Assembly (NCBI RefSeq): GCF_032714615.1
Contig: NZ_JAWDKA010000008.1
Span: 30,505-54,504, forward strand
Direction: 5' to 3'
Length of the DNA stretch: 24,000 nt
Source of the DNA: Methanorbis furvi
Lineage (GTDB): Archaea; Halobacteriota; Methanomicrobia; Methanomicrobiales; Methanocorpusculaceae
Translations under genes and position numbers: made by a program
Shown here: positions 1-7,686 of the stretch, in pieces
How the letters are laid out: every line of letters begins with the position of its first letter
Position numbering within the stretch: the stretch's first letter is position 1
Notes under the pieces: generated by a model
The model's input: the letters and a program-made list of their open reading frames with translations, nothing else
Databases searched by the model: none
What the model was told of the DNA's origin: nothing

Positions 1-1
1 A

Positions 2-1294
2 GTCCTATCAAATCTCACCGGTTACGTCAGACCGGAGGATGACCCGTTCGTCGAGCATTACCAGACGCCGGTTATTCTCGAAATCCTTTGCGACCAGGAC
101 AAACAGTTCGCAAAGAGCATGGAAACCTTTGCAGACTGTATCAAGAAAAATGAAAGCATCGTCGGACGCGAGGCAGCACGTTGTTACGCAGGATTCTATG
201 GACCCAGCTGTGTCGTTGACTTTGCCCTGATGCCGGGATCCACCAGTAATGTGGTCAACCAGATTCTGCAAAAGACCGACATCCCAACGGATCACAAACA
301 GGCAATTCTCGCCGCAAAATCATGGGGTATGAACACCTCGTACGGTATCGGCGACCTGTTCGCAAAGCGCATTGAAGCAGGCGACACCCTTGCCGAGGCC
401 TCGGACAAAGAGGTAAAACAGCTGCAGGCACTCTACCAACATCCGGTCGCAGCACAGGTTGAGCTGATGAACAGCTCAGGAATGTCCTCCTTTGATCCAA
501 AGAAATATATGGACAACTACCGCAAAGGAATAGAGACCTGTGTCAAGGCTGCAATTGATGACGGCGTCCATTATGGAAACATTGCCACAATTCCTGCATA
601 CTGTGTCGGCGACATATCCCACCACATCTCCCAGTCCACCTACAACATGTGTAAAGATGATGTGGTGATGGCTACGATTGAAGCGGTTACCGGTGTAATC
701 GACAAGACCCTGCATGCAGCACTGCCTGACATTAAGAGCGGCTATCAGCTGCTTGATGTTGCGACCGGTGCGTCTGCAGTGGCAGCAGAGTATCTGCTGG
801 AGATGGACGGATTCAACGCTCCCATGATCGTAGACCTGCTGACCAAACGTTATCACAATCTGGTAATGATTCGTCCGACCAGAGGCGCAGCAGCAGAACT
901 GCACAACTGCGATTTCATGGACATGATCTATCGCGGATGGAAAATCCTCGACAAGGCGCAGCGTGTAAAGAACGGTTCAGGAAAACCGCTCGCCGCACGT
1001 TCGGGTGGAATGCTTATCGATCTGTCACCGATCCACGAGAATGAGGTTCTCATGAATCCGCAGCGCTATGCATACCCCGCATGCGCTATCACGGTGCGTG
1101 CGTCTGCACTGATGCGTATTGCAGACTATCCATGTCTGCTGACAAGCGAGCCGATTACGGCAACCATGATGACCAACATCATCGCACTTGACAAAGGAAC
1201 CCCCGCAGCTCCGGCACGTGCCTGTAAGAGCTGCGCAACGGCGTGTCTGGTAGGCTCCCGCCACCAGTACTGCCAGTATCGTGAGGCTGTATAA
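2..1294 (+). CDS. Conserved archaeal Cys-rich protein of unknown function (DUF2193-like); 5' end cut by the window edge
   Basis: The frame of the listed ORF (119..1294) stays open back to nt 2 with no stop, so the gene probably starts left of the window. It encodes 391+ aa with no obvious TM segments. The C-terminus has a Cys cluster CKSCATAC (C-x2-C-x3-C) plus further Cys, suggesting a metal or Fe-S site. The family assignment (DUF2193) is from memory only. The stop TAA (1292-1294) lies 2 nt before the next ATG, indicating an operon. Confidence 0.6.
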   Translation, partial: VLSNLTGYVRPEDDPFVEHYQTPVILEILCDQDKQFAKSMETFADCIKKNESIVGREAARCYAGFYGPSCVVDFALMPGSTSNVVNQILQKTDIPTDHKQAILAAKSWGMNTSYGIGDLFAKRIEAGDTLAEASDKEVKQLQALYQHPVAAQVELMNSSGMSSFDPKKYMDNYRKGIETCVKAAIDDGVHYGNIATIPAYCVGDISHHISQSTYNMCKDDVVMATIEAVTGVIDKTLHAALPDIKSGYQLLDVATGASAVAAEYLLEMDGFNAPMIVDLLTKRYHNLVMIRPTRGAAAELHNCDFMDMIYRGWKILDKAQRVKNGSGKPLAARSGGMLIDLSPIHENEVLMNPQRYAYPACAITVRASALMRIADYPCLLTSEPITATMMTNIIALDKGTPAAPARACKSCATACLVGSRHQYCQYREAV

Positions 1295-1296
1295 AA

Positions 1297-1503
1297 ATGA
1301 AATGCTATGTGTGTGAACAGCTGGGTGTCGATCGCGAAGCGACCGGTATCTGTATTGTTTGTGGAATGGGGCTATGCACTGAGCACATGATTCGTGCTGA
1401 TGTGTCTGTATGGGAAGGGGGATACCCCTTCCCGGCGAAGAAGCTGAAGAAGCCTATTCCGCGGATTCTTTGTCCTGAATGCCACAATGCACTGAACGGG
1501 TGA
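1297..1503 (+). CDS. Small Cys/His zinc-ribbon protein (DUF2180-like)
   Basis: 68 aa with ligand pattern C3-x2-C6-x12-C19-x2-C22-x4-C27-x2-H30 ... C59-x2-C62-H63. That gives eight or more ligands, enough for two Zn sites. The gene is packed tightly between the upstream gene (2-nt gap) and aqpM (7-nt gap). The DUF2180 name is from memory. Confidence 0.6.
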   Translation: MKCYVCEQLGVDREATGICIVCGMGLCTEHMIRADVSVWEGGYPFPAKKLKKPIPRILCPECHNALNG

Positions 1504-1510
1504 TGATGGT

Positions 1511-2260
1511 ATGGAACTTGTGAAAAGAAGTATTGCCGAACTGGTGGGGACGATGCTCCTTGTCTTTATCGGCTGCGGTACGGTCTCTGTCCTGCTGATG
1601 CTTGCAGCAGGAACGCCGACAGCTACACCGTTTGACATCGGTATCGGTGCGCTCGGCGGTATGGGAGACTGGCTTGCGGTCGGTGTGGCATTTGGTATTG
1701 CTGTAGCGGTTGTTATCTACACGCTCGGCAGAGTATCTGGTGCCCACATCAATCCGGCAGTCAGTATTGCTCTTTGGTCGATCAAAAAGTTCCCGACCAA
1801 GGACACAGTTGCCTACATCATTGCCCAGTGTATTGGTGCAGCGATCGGTTCAGCCCTGTTCCTGTTTATCGCAGGTCCTGACGCTCTTGCTATCGGCGGG
1901 CTTGGTGCAACTGCACCATTCCCGGGAATCAGCATCTGGCAGGTACTGGTTGCAGAGATTATCGGAACATTTGTTCTGATGCTGGCAATCATGGGCGTTG
2001 CTGTTGACCAGCGTGCGACTCCTGGGTTTGCAGGACTCGTGATCGGTATGGCGGTTGCCGGTGTTATCATCGCAATCGGAAATATTTCCGGCGGTTCGCT
2101 TAACCCGGCCCGTACGTTTGGTCCAGATCTTATCGCTACGATTATGGGTGGATCAACTGCACTGGTCACGACGTTCCCGGTCTATGTTGTTGGCCCTATT
2201 GTCGGTGCAGTCCTTGCAGCATTCTTCTACAAGTATGTCGCAGGACTTGACGACAACTAA
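1511..2260 (+). CDS. aqpM: MIP-family channel, archaeal aquaporin AqpM-like
   Basis: 249 aa, very hydrophobic with about 6 TM segments. It has two canonical NPA boxes, SGAHINPAVS and SGGSLNPARTFGP, which is the typical MIP half-repeat architecture. Confidence 0.9.
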   Translation: MELVKRSIAELVGTMLLVFIGCGTVSVLLMLAAGTPTATPFDIGIGALGGMGDWLAVGVAFGIAVAVVIYTLGRVSGAHINPAVSIALWSIKKFPTKDTVAYIIAQCIGAAIGSALFLFIAGPDALAIGGLGATAPFPGISIWQVLVAEIIGTFVLMLAIMGVAVDQRATPGFAGLVIGMAVAGVIIAIGNISGGSLNPARTFGPDLIATIMGGSTALVTTFPVYVVGPIVGAVLAAFFYKYVAGLDDN

Positions 2261-2262
2261 AT

Positions 2263-2273
2263 TTCTTTTTTTT
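2263..2273 (+). terminator. Oligo-T tract after aqpM (archaeal-type terminator)
   Basis: ttcttttttttg with a run of 8 T (2266-2273), starting 3 nt after the aqpM stop codon. Archaeal RNAP terminates at oligo-T. Confidence 0.35.
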
Positions 2274-2346
2274 GTCATTCCCGCAGTATTGATAACCGGT
2301 CAGGTTTCATACTACTACCAGAAAACCGGGTGGTGATAGACAATCC

Positions 2347-3108
2347 ATGAAATGGTACTTTAAGCTGATACTCCCTGCATTATTTGTTCTTGGCTGGGAG
2401 ATCGCGGCAATTCTGATAAATAATGCCTATATTTTGCCGCGGGTGGAAAACGTTCTGGCAGTTTTTGCTACACCTTTTGCTGATCTTTTCGGCTCCGGCA
2501 GTCTGGTAGATAATTCGCTGATTAGTATTTACCGGGTATCGTTAGGATTCATTATCGCGTGTATCATTGCTGTTCCGTTGGGAATTCTTCTCGGGCGCTA
2601 CAAACTGCTGGAAGAGTTTTCAGATGGAATGATTCAGATCCTCCGGCCAATCCCTCCGATGGCGTGGGTACCACTGTCCCTTGCATGGTTTGGCATTGGT
2701 CTTGGATCTATTGAGTTTATTATCGTTATCGGATGTATTTTCCCGATTCTGGTCAATACCATCGAAGGTGTTAAGCGTGTCAGAAAGAGTTGGGTCGAGA
2801 CCGCCCGCATTTATCAGGCAAGTGAAGTCCAGGTCCTGACCAAAGTTATCGTGCCTGCGGCAGGCCCTGCCATCTGGAGCGGTCTTCGGGTTGGCTTTGG
2901 CATCGCCTGGATGAGCGTAGTTGCAGCTGAGATGCTGCCCGGAACGGTATCCGGTCTTGGTTATATGATCATGTACACCTACAACTGGGGTCAGGTTCAG
3001 ATCGTGATTGCCGGTATGATCGCAATTGGTATCATCGGTATTGTGATGGATCAGTTTTTCCAGTATGTGCAGAGGAAAAAGTTCGGCTGGGAGGCGCTTG
3101 ACAAATGA
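2347..3108 (+). CDS. ABC transporter permease, NitT/TauT family (SsuC/TauC-like)
   Basis: 253 aa with about 6 TM segments. It has a BPD-type EAA-like loop (ETARIYQASEVQVLTKVIVPAAGPAIWSGLRVG). Its stop overlaps the ATG of the ATPase gene (ATGA at 3105-3108). Confidence 0.85.
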   Translation: MKWYFKLILPALFVLGWEIAAILINNAYILPRVENVLAVFATPFADLFGSGSLVDNSLISIYRVSLGFIIACIIAVPLGILLGRYKLLEEFSDGMIQILRPIPPMAWVPLSLAWFGIGLGSIEFIIVIGCIFPILVNTIEGVKRVRKSWVETARIYQASEVQVLTKVIVPAAGPAIWSGLRVGFGIAWMSVVAAEMLPGTVSGLGYMIMYTYNWGQVQIVIAGMIAIGIIGIVMDQFFQYVQRKKFGWEALDK

Positions 3109-3887
3109 GCGACTATGACAAAGTCTGGGTGCGGGTCAATCACGCAACAAAGAAGTTCGAGACGCGGAAAGGAACGGTTACTGCTCTTGAGGATGTGAAT
3201 CTTGAGATTCATGACGGAGAGTTTGTCTGCCTTTTGGGTCCGTCCGGCTGCGGCAAGACGACACTGCTTCGGATGATCAGCGGTCTTGACATCCCAACAT
3301 CCGGCGAGATCACAATCGATGGAAAAGTCGTGAACGGTCCTTCACCGAAGATGACAATGGTGTTTCAGGAGTACTCACTCTATCCCTGGCGTACGGTTGC
3401 CGAAAATGTGGGCTTCGGTCTTGAGATGACCGGAGTTCCTGCCGAGCAGCGGAAACTTGAGGTGGAGAAGCAGCTGAAGCTGGTGGGGCTTGAGGCATTT
3501 GCCGACAGTTATCCATATGAGCTTTCGGGAGGAATGCGTCAGCGTGCGGCTGTTGCGCGCGCTCTTGCAACTGATCCCGCGGTTATGCTGATGGACGAGC
3601 CGTTTGGCGCTCTTGATGCCCAGACCAGAAACAAGATGCAGCGTGAGCTTCTGAACATCTGGCAGGCGACAAAAAAGACGATTCTCTTTGTGACGCACAG
3701 CGTCGATGAGGCAGTTTATCTCGCCGACAGGATTGTAATTCTCACGCCGCGACCGGGCCGCGTGCATGAAATCGATACGATTTCCCTTTCGCGACCAAGA
3801 GATAGAACGAGTGTTGAGTTTGCCCAGTACCGTAAAAAAGTTCTGCATATGATTGAGGAACTGGAAACCGGCAATCAGAACATTTAA
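3105..3887 (+). CDS. ABC transporter ATP-binding protein, NitT/TauT family (SsuB/TauB-like)
   Basis: Walker A GPSGCGKTT, signature LSGGMRQR, Walker B VMLMDEPF and H-loop VTHS are all present. Confidence 0.9.
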   Translation: MSDYDKVWVRVNHATKKFETRKGTVTALEDVNLEIHDGEFVCLLGPSGCGKTTLLRMISGLDIPTSGEITIDGKVVNGPSPKMTMVFQEYSLYPWRTVAENVGFGLEMTGVPAEQRKLEVEKQLKLVGLEAFADSYPYELSGGMRQRAAVARALATDPAVMLMDEPFGALDAQTRNKMQRELLNIWQATKKTILFVTHSVDEAVYLADRIVILTPRPGRVHEIDTISLSRPRDRTSVEFAQYRKKVLHMIEELETGNQNI

Positions 3888-3941
3888 TAGGATTTCGACC
3901 AAACATGATTAGCACATTTAGAGAGCGAGGAGTTATTTGAC

Positions 3942-4442
3942 ATGGTAAGAAAACCAGCAAGAATGTACCGCAACCTTGCCAAGAAGGCATACTGCCGCCG
4001 TGAATACATGGGTGGTGTGCCGGGCGTAAAGGTTGTACAGTTTGATATGGGTAACCTTTCAGCCGAATTCCCGGTTGCAATTCACCTTGAAGCACTTGAG
4101 GCATGCCAGATCCGCCACACAGCAATGGAAGCGGCACGTATCAACATGAACAGACGCCTGATGAAGGATGTCGGAAGAAGCAACTTCCACCTGAAAATCC
4201 GCCCCTACCCGCACCACGTTCTCCGTGAACACAAGCAGGCAACCGGCGCAGGTGCAGACCGTGTGTCTGAGGGTATGCGTCTTGCATTCGGTAAGGCTGT
4301 TGGAACTGCAGCACGTGTTTCACCAAGACAGCGCATCTTTACTGTCTGGACCAGCGAGCAGTACATTGATCAGGCAAAGGACGCACTTCTGCACAGCGGA
4401 TACAAGCTGCCCACGCCAACCCGCATTATTGTTGAGAACTAA
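3942..4442 (+). CDS. rpl10e: 50S ribosomal protein uL16 (archaeal L10e)
   Basis: 166 aa. The N-terminus [12 protein letters not shown]...[12 protein letters not shown] and the overall length are typical of archaeal/eukaryotic L10e. Confidence 0.9.
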   Translation: MVRKPARMYRNLAKKAYCRREYMGGVPGVKVVQFDMGNLSAEFPVAIHLEALEACQIRHTAMEAARINMNRRLMKDVGRSNFHLKIRPYPHHVLREHKQATGAGADRVSEGMRLAFGKAVGTAARVSPRQRIFTVWTSEQYIDQAKDALLHSGYKLPTPTRIIVEN

Positions 4443-4511
4443 GCCAATCCCGGCTCTCAATCAATACCATATTTTCAATTTTCTCTGATTCTTTTGTTGT
4501 TTTTGATTTTT

Positions 4512-4952
4512 GATATCGTTGTAGCTCCGCCGCTTCGTCGATCCGCCCACGGAAAAACGGAAAACACAGAAATTTTACGGAAATAAAAACATCACGGAGC
4601 AGACGTGAACAACACGGAATTTTAAATTATTTAGAATAGGACTTACGCGGTGTGGTTCTCCGTGCATTTTTGCGAAGCAATGAGCAGGCCGAAGGCATGC
4701 GATTTCATTTTTTTCCGTGAAGCTCTGTGTGCTCAGTGCATTCAGTGGTTACTCTAAGTGAGGACAAGGACAGAAAAATCTCAAACGATGAAACTCATCA
4801 CCGCGTAACTCCTATTAGAAATTACAAAATACGAGAGCCTTGTACACGATTTATCCTGAGTATATTTCCGTGCTGTTCACGTCTGCTCCGTGATGTTTTT
4901 CCGTGAAACTCCGTGTTTTCCGATATTCTGTGGGCGGAGCTACAACGATATC
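4512..4952. repeat. Long-arm palindromic MITE-like element, copy 1 (A-type centre, with a nested fragment)
   Basis: The termini GATATCGTTGTAGCTCCGCC (4512-4531) and GGCGGAGCTACAACGATATC (4933-4952) are perfect inverted repeats. The arms run inward to the core ATCACGGAGCAGACGTGAACA(A/G)CACGGAA (4591-4619; reverse complement at about 4866-4894). An inner inverted repeat is TTAGAATAGGACTTACGCGGTG (4631-4652) paired with CACCGCGTAACTCCTATTAGAA (4799-4820). The centre carries an extra arm-like fragment (4705-4738) and a GAAGGCATGCG module. Confidence 0.9.
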
Positions 4953-4996
4953 TCAAGCGACAGTCTTAACCTGTTTCTTCTGCAATATACTTTTAC

Positions 4997-5821
4997 ATGA
5001 ATTCTCTGTTGTTTGAACGCCTTGCCTCAGCGGTTGCGGAGGCTACACGCGATGCGGAGATTTTTCTTCCCTCAGACGTTGAGGCTGCACTGAAAAATGC
5101 AGCTGAGGCGGAGACGAGTCCGGTTGCCCGCGGCGAGCTTGCGAATATTCTGGAGAATCTCAATAAAGCAAAAAGCCTCTCGGTCCCCATCTGCCAGGAC
5201 ACAGGAATTCCGGTGGTGTACCTGACCGTGCCGCCAACAGTTCCGGTAACAAAGGAGCTCTATGACGCAGTTGCCGAAGGAATTCGGAGAGCAACAGTAT
5301 CGGTGCCGCTCCGGCCAAATGCGGTGGACCCGATTTCTCGGCACAACAGCGGGGACAATACGGGCGCAGGACTGCCGCCGATACACATCCTGCCAGGGGA
5401 CACACTGCGGGTGACGGTGCTGCCGAAGGGAGCTGGCTCAGAGAATATGTCGCAGATCAAAATGATGCTGCCCTCGCAGACCGCGGAGATTCCGAAGTTC
5501 GTGGTGGATGTGGTCATGGCGGCAGGTGCAAGACCCTGTCCGCCGATTGTGGTCGGGGTTGGTATTGGCGGAACATTCGACGGAGCGGCAGCGCTTGCCA
5601 AAGAGGCACTGCTTGAACGAATTGATGTGATGGATGCATATGAACAGGAGCTCTGCGATGCGATCAATACGCTCGGCATCGGCCCGATGGGACTTGGCGG
5701 CGACACGACGGCACTCGCGGTGAAGGTGAAGCGCGGATTCTGCCACACGGCATCACTGCCGGTCGCGGTAAACATTCAGTGCTGGTGCTGCCGGCGCGGC
5801 ATTCGGGAGGTGGAGTTGTGA
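4997..5821 (+). CDS. fumA: Class I (Fe-S) fumarate hydratase / tartrate dehydratase family, alpha subunit
   Basis: 274 aa. The motif ICQDTGIPVVY (Cys ligand region of Fe-S hydro-lyases) and the GVGIGG motif are present. It is followed by an overlapping beta-subunit gene. Confidence 0.85.
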   Translation: MNSLLFERLASAVAEATRDAEIFLPSDVEAALKNAAEAETSPVARGELANILENLNKAKSLSVPICQDTGIPVVYLTVPPTVPVTKELYDAVAEGIRRATVSVPLRPNAVDPISRHNSGDNTGAGLPPIHILPGDTLRVTVLPKGAGSENMSQIKMMLPSQTAEIPKFVVDVVMAAGARPCPPIVVGVGIGGTFDGAAALAKEALLERIDVMDAYEQELCDAINTLGIGPMGLGGDTTALAVKVKRGFCHTASLPVAVNIQCWCCRRGIREVEL

Positions 5822-6369
5822 TTCACCTGACGACTCCGCTGGGTGCGGAGGTCCTGGACTTGAAGGCAGGAGACCGCGTACTGCTATCCGGCACCATCTA
5901 CACGGCACGTGACGAGGCGCATCTGAAGATCCGTGAAGATGGTTTTCCGTTCGATCCGAACGGGGCGGTCATCTACCACTGCGGTCCGGTCGTGGACACG
6001 GAAAAGAACGTGATTGTTGCAGCAGGCCCGACAACATCCGCACGAATGAACTCGCTGACCAGACCAATGATTGATGCAGGAGTGCGGGCGCTGATCGGAA
6101 AAGGCGGGATGTCTGCTGAGGCACGCGAGGCGCTCTCAGGCAGAGCTGTCTACTTTGCATTCACGGGAGGCTGTGCCGCACTCGCGGCGTCTTGTATGGA
6201 GCTTGCTGCCTGCCATTATCCTGAGCTCGGCATGGCAGAGGCGGTCTGGGAGATTCGCATAAAGGACATGCCGCTTGTGGTGGGCATCGATGCGCACGGC
6301 GGCGATCTGTTCGATGATGTTGCGAAGTCTGCGGCTGAACGATACCGACAGCTGCACTGGGAAAAATAA
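5818..6369 (+). CDS. fumB: Class I (Fe-S) fumarate hydratase family, beta subunit
   Basis: The motif LSGTIYTARDEAH is typical of the beta subunit or C-terminal domain. I prefer the GTG at 5818, which overlaps the fumA stop (GTGA) and lies 7 nt after GGAGG (5806-5810). The ORF-track start at 5779 is also a GTG and would overlap fumA by 43 nt. The stop is unambiguous. Confidence 0.8.
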   Translation: MIHLTTPLGAEVLDLKAGDRVLLSGTIYTARDEAHLKIREDGFPFDPNGAVIYHCGPVVDTEKNVIVAAGPTTSARMNSLTRPMIDAGVRALIGKGGMSAEAREALSGRAVYFAFTGGCAALAASCMELAACHYPELGMAEAVWEIRIKDMPLVVGIDAHGGDLFDDVAKSAAERYRQLHWEK

Positions 6370-6443
6370 AGTTGGTTATCTGAATTTTTTTTACTCGGCA
6401 GGTGTAGTATGCATTACCTGTCGTGTTTGTTTTTGTCTGGTTC

Positions 6444-6497
6444 AATTTTTTTCGTGTGAAAATTGTACCGCGAAATTTCACGAAAAAAAACATGACA
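6444..6497. repeat. Collapsed mini-derivative of the palindromic element (mid-arm segments only)
   Basis: GTACCGCGAAATTTCACGAAAAAAAACATGAC (6465-6496) matches the arm segment GTACACGGAAATTTCACGGAAAAAAAACATCAC of copy 4. TTTTTTTCGTG (6446-6456) and CACGAAAAAAA (6479-6489) form a small hairpin. Confidence 0.45.
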
Positions 6498-6519
6498 AAA
6501 AAGTAATGAGCTGAAAAAA

Positions 6520-7191
6520 TTATTTTCTGCCGCCCACAATCACAACCGTCTTCTCCGTCATTCTGGCAAAAATACCATTGCCCAAAACGCCGGGAATAGC
6601 ATTGATCGCAGTCTCCAGTCCTGCCGGATCGGCAACCGCGCCGAACGCACAATCAATCACATAGTTTCCATTGTCAGAGATAACCGGCCCGTCCTTTTTC
6701 ACTCCGTTTCGCATAACCGGTTCGCCGCCCAGTTCACGAAGTCTGCGAACAACACTGCCGTACGCAAACGGCAGAACCTCGATCGGCACTGCCGCATCAA
6801 GACCCGCCACCTCTTTTCCTGCATCAATCACCACAACAAACTGGTTCGCCGCATCTGCCACAACCTTCTCCCGCAGATGTGCAGCTCCGCGCCCCTTAAT
6901 CATCCGCTTCTTTGGATCAACCTGATCCGCGCCATCAATCGCCAGATCAAGCTGTGGATGCTGCGTCAGCGTCGTCAACGGAATACCATACTCCTCAGCA
7001 CGCATCGCGGTCTGGTTTGACGTCGGCACACCAAGAACATGCAGCCCCTCGGATTTAATTCGTTCGCCAAGCCGCTCCATCGCAAAAAATACCGTTGAAC
7101 CGGTACCAAGGCCGACAACCATACCATCTTTCACCATATCTGCCGCGCGAATGCCGGCATCCCTCTTTGCCTCAACTACAGGATCACTCAT
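6520..7191 (-). CDS. rpiA: Ribose-5-phosphate isomerase A
   Basis: 223 aa with RpiA motifs GLGTGSTV, DGADQVD and KGRGAA. Confidence 0.9.
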   Translation of the reverse strand: MSDPVVEAKRDAGIRAADMVKDGMVVGLGTGSTVFFAMERLGERIKSEGLHVLGVPTSNQTAMRAEEYGIPLTTLTQHPQLDLAIDGADQVDPKKRMIKGRGAAHLREKVVADAANQFVVVIDAGKEVAGLDAAVPIEVLPFAYGSVVRRLRELGGEPVMRNGVKKDGPVISDNGNYVIDCAFGAVADPAGLETAINAIPGVLGNGIFARMTEKTVVIVGGRK

Positions 7192-7281
7192 ACCAATCTC
7201 GTATGTCAGTCGTGCATATTAAGCACTTGGTAACCCTGAAGAGGTTTTTTCACCGAAATTCGTTTATTGGCAACTAATGTT

Positions 7282-7600
7282 CGTTGTAGCTCCGCCCACG
7301 GAAAATCAGAACGCATGCCTTCGGCCTGCTTACTGCTTCGCAGGAACACGCGGAAATTTTACGGAAAAAAAGATCACGGAGCAGACGTGAACAGCACGGA
7401 AGAAAAAATTATTTTGAATAGGAATTACGCGGTTCGTGTTTAAAAAATCATTCTTGGCTGTCTCACTACTTCGCAGAATTACATCGCGTAACTCCTATTC
7501 AAAATAATTTTTTCTTCAGTGATGTTCACGTCTGCTCCGTGATCTTTTTCTGTGATATTTTCCGTGTACTCCGTTTTTCCGTGGGCGGAGCTACGAAACG
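7282..7600. repeat. Long-arm palindromic MITE-like element, copy 2 (A-type centre)
   Basis: The outer ends are CGTTGTAGCTCCGCCCACGG (7282-) and CCGTGGGCGGAGCTACGAAACG (-7600). The core lies at 7373-7401 and, as reverse complement, at about 7517-7543. Pairing continues through GAAGAAAAAATTATTTTGAATAGGA(A/G)TTACGCG (7399-7431 versus 7485-7518). The left arm carries a ~48-nt replacement module containing CGCATGCCTTCGGCCTG (7306-7352). Confidence 0.9.
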
Positions 7601-7653
7601 GTAACCAAAACGTGCGGTAACACCTCCCGAAGAAAAATGGCTAAGTCCAACAG

Positions 7654-7660
7654 TATTTAT
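7654..7660 (+). promoter_or_regulatory. TATA-like box upstream of MFS gene 1 (spacing implies a leaderless mRNA)
   Basis: TATTTAT is centred about 30 nt upstream of the ATG at 7687. No Shine-Dalgarno-like sequence lies between them. Confidence 0.3.
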
Positions 7661-7686
7661 CTGAACCCCTCGTAACACTCTACATA

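Noticed and set aside
6406-6431. A short imperfect hairpin CAGGTGTAGTATGCATTACCTG downstream of fumB as a structured RNA.
   Set aside because: It has only about 5-6 bp of stem. It sits in a convergent terminator region rich in T-runs, which is explained well enough as termination context.
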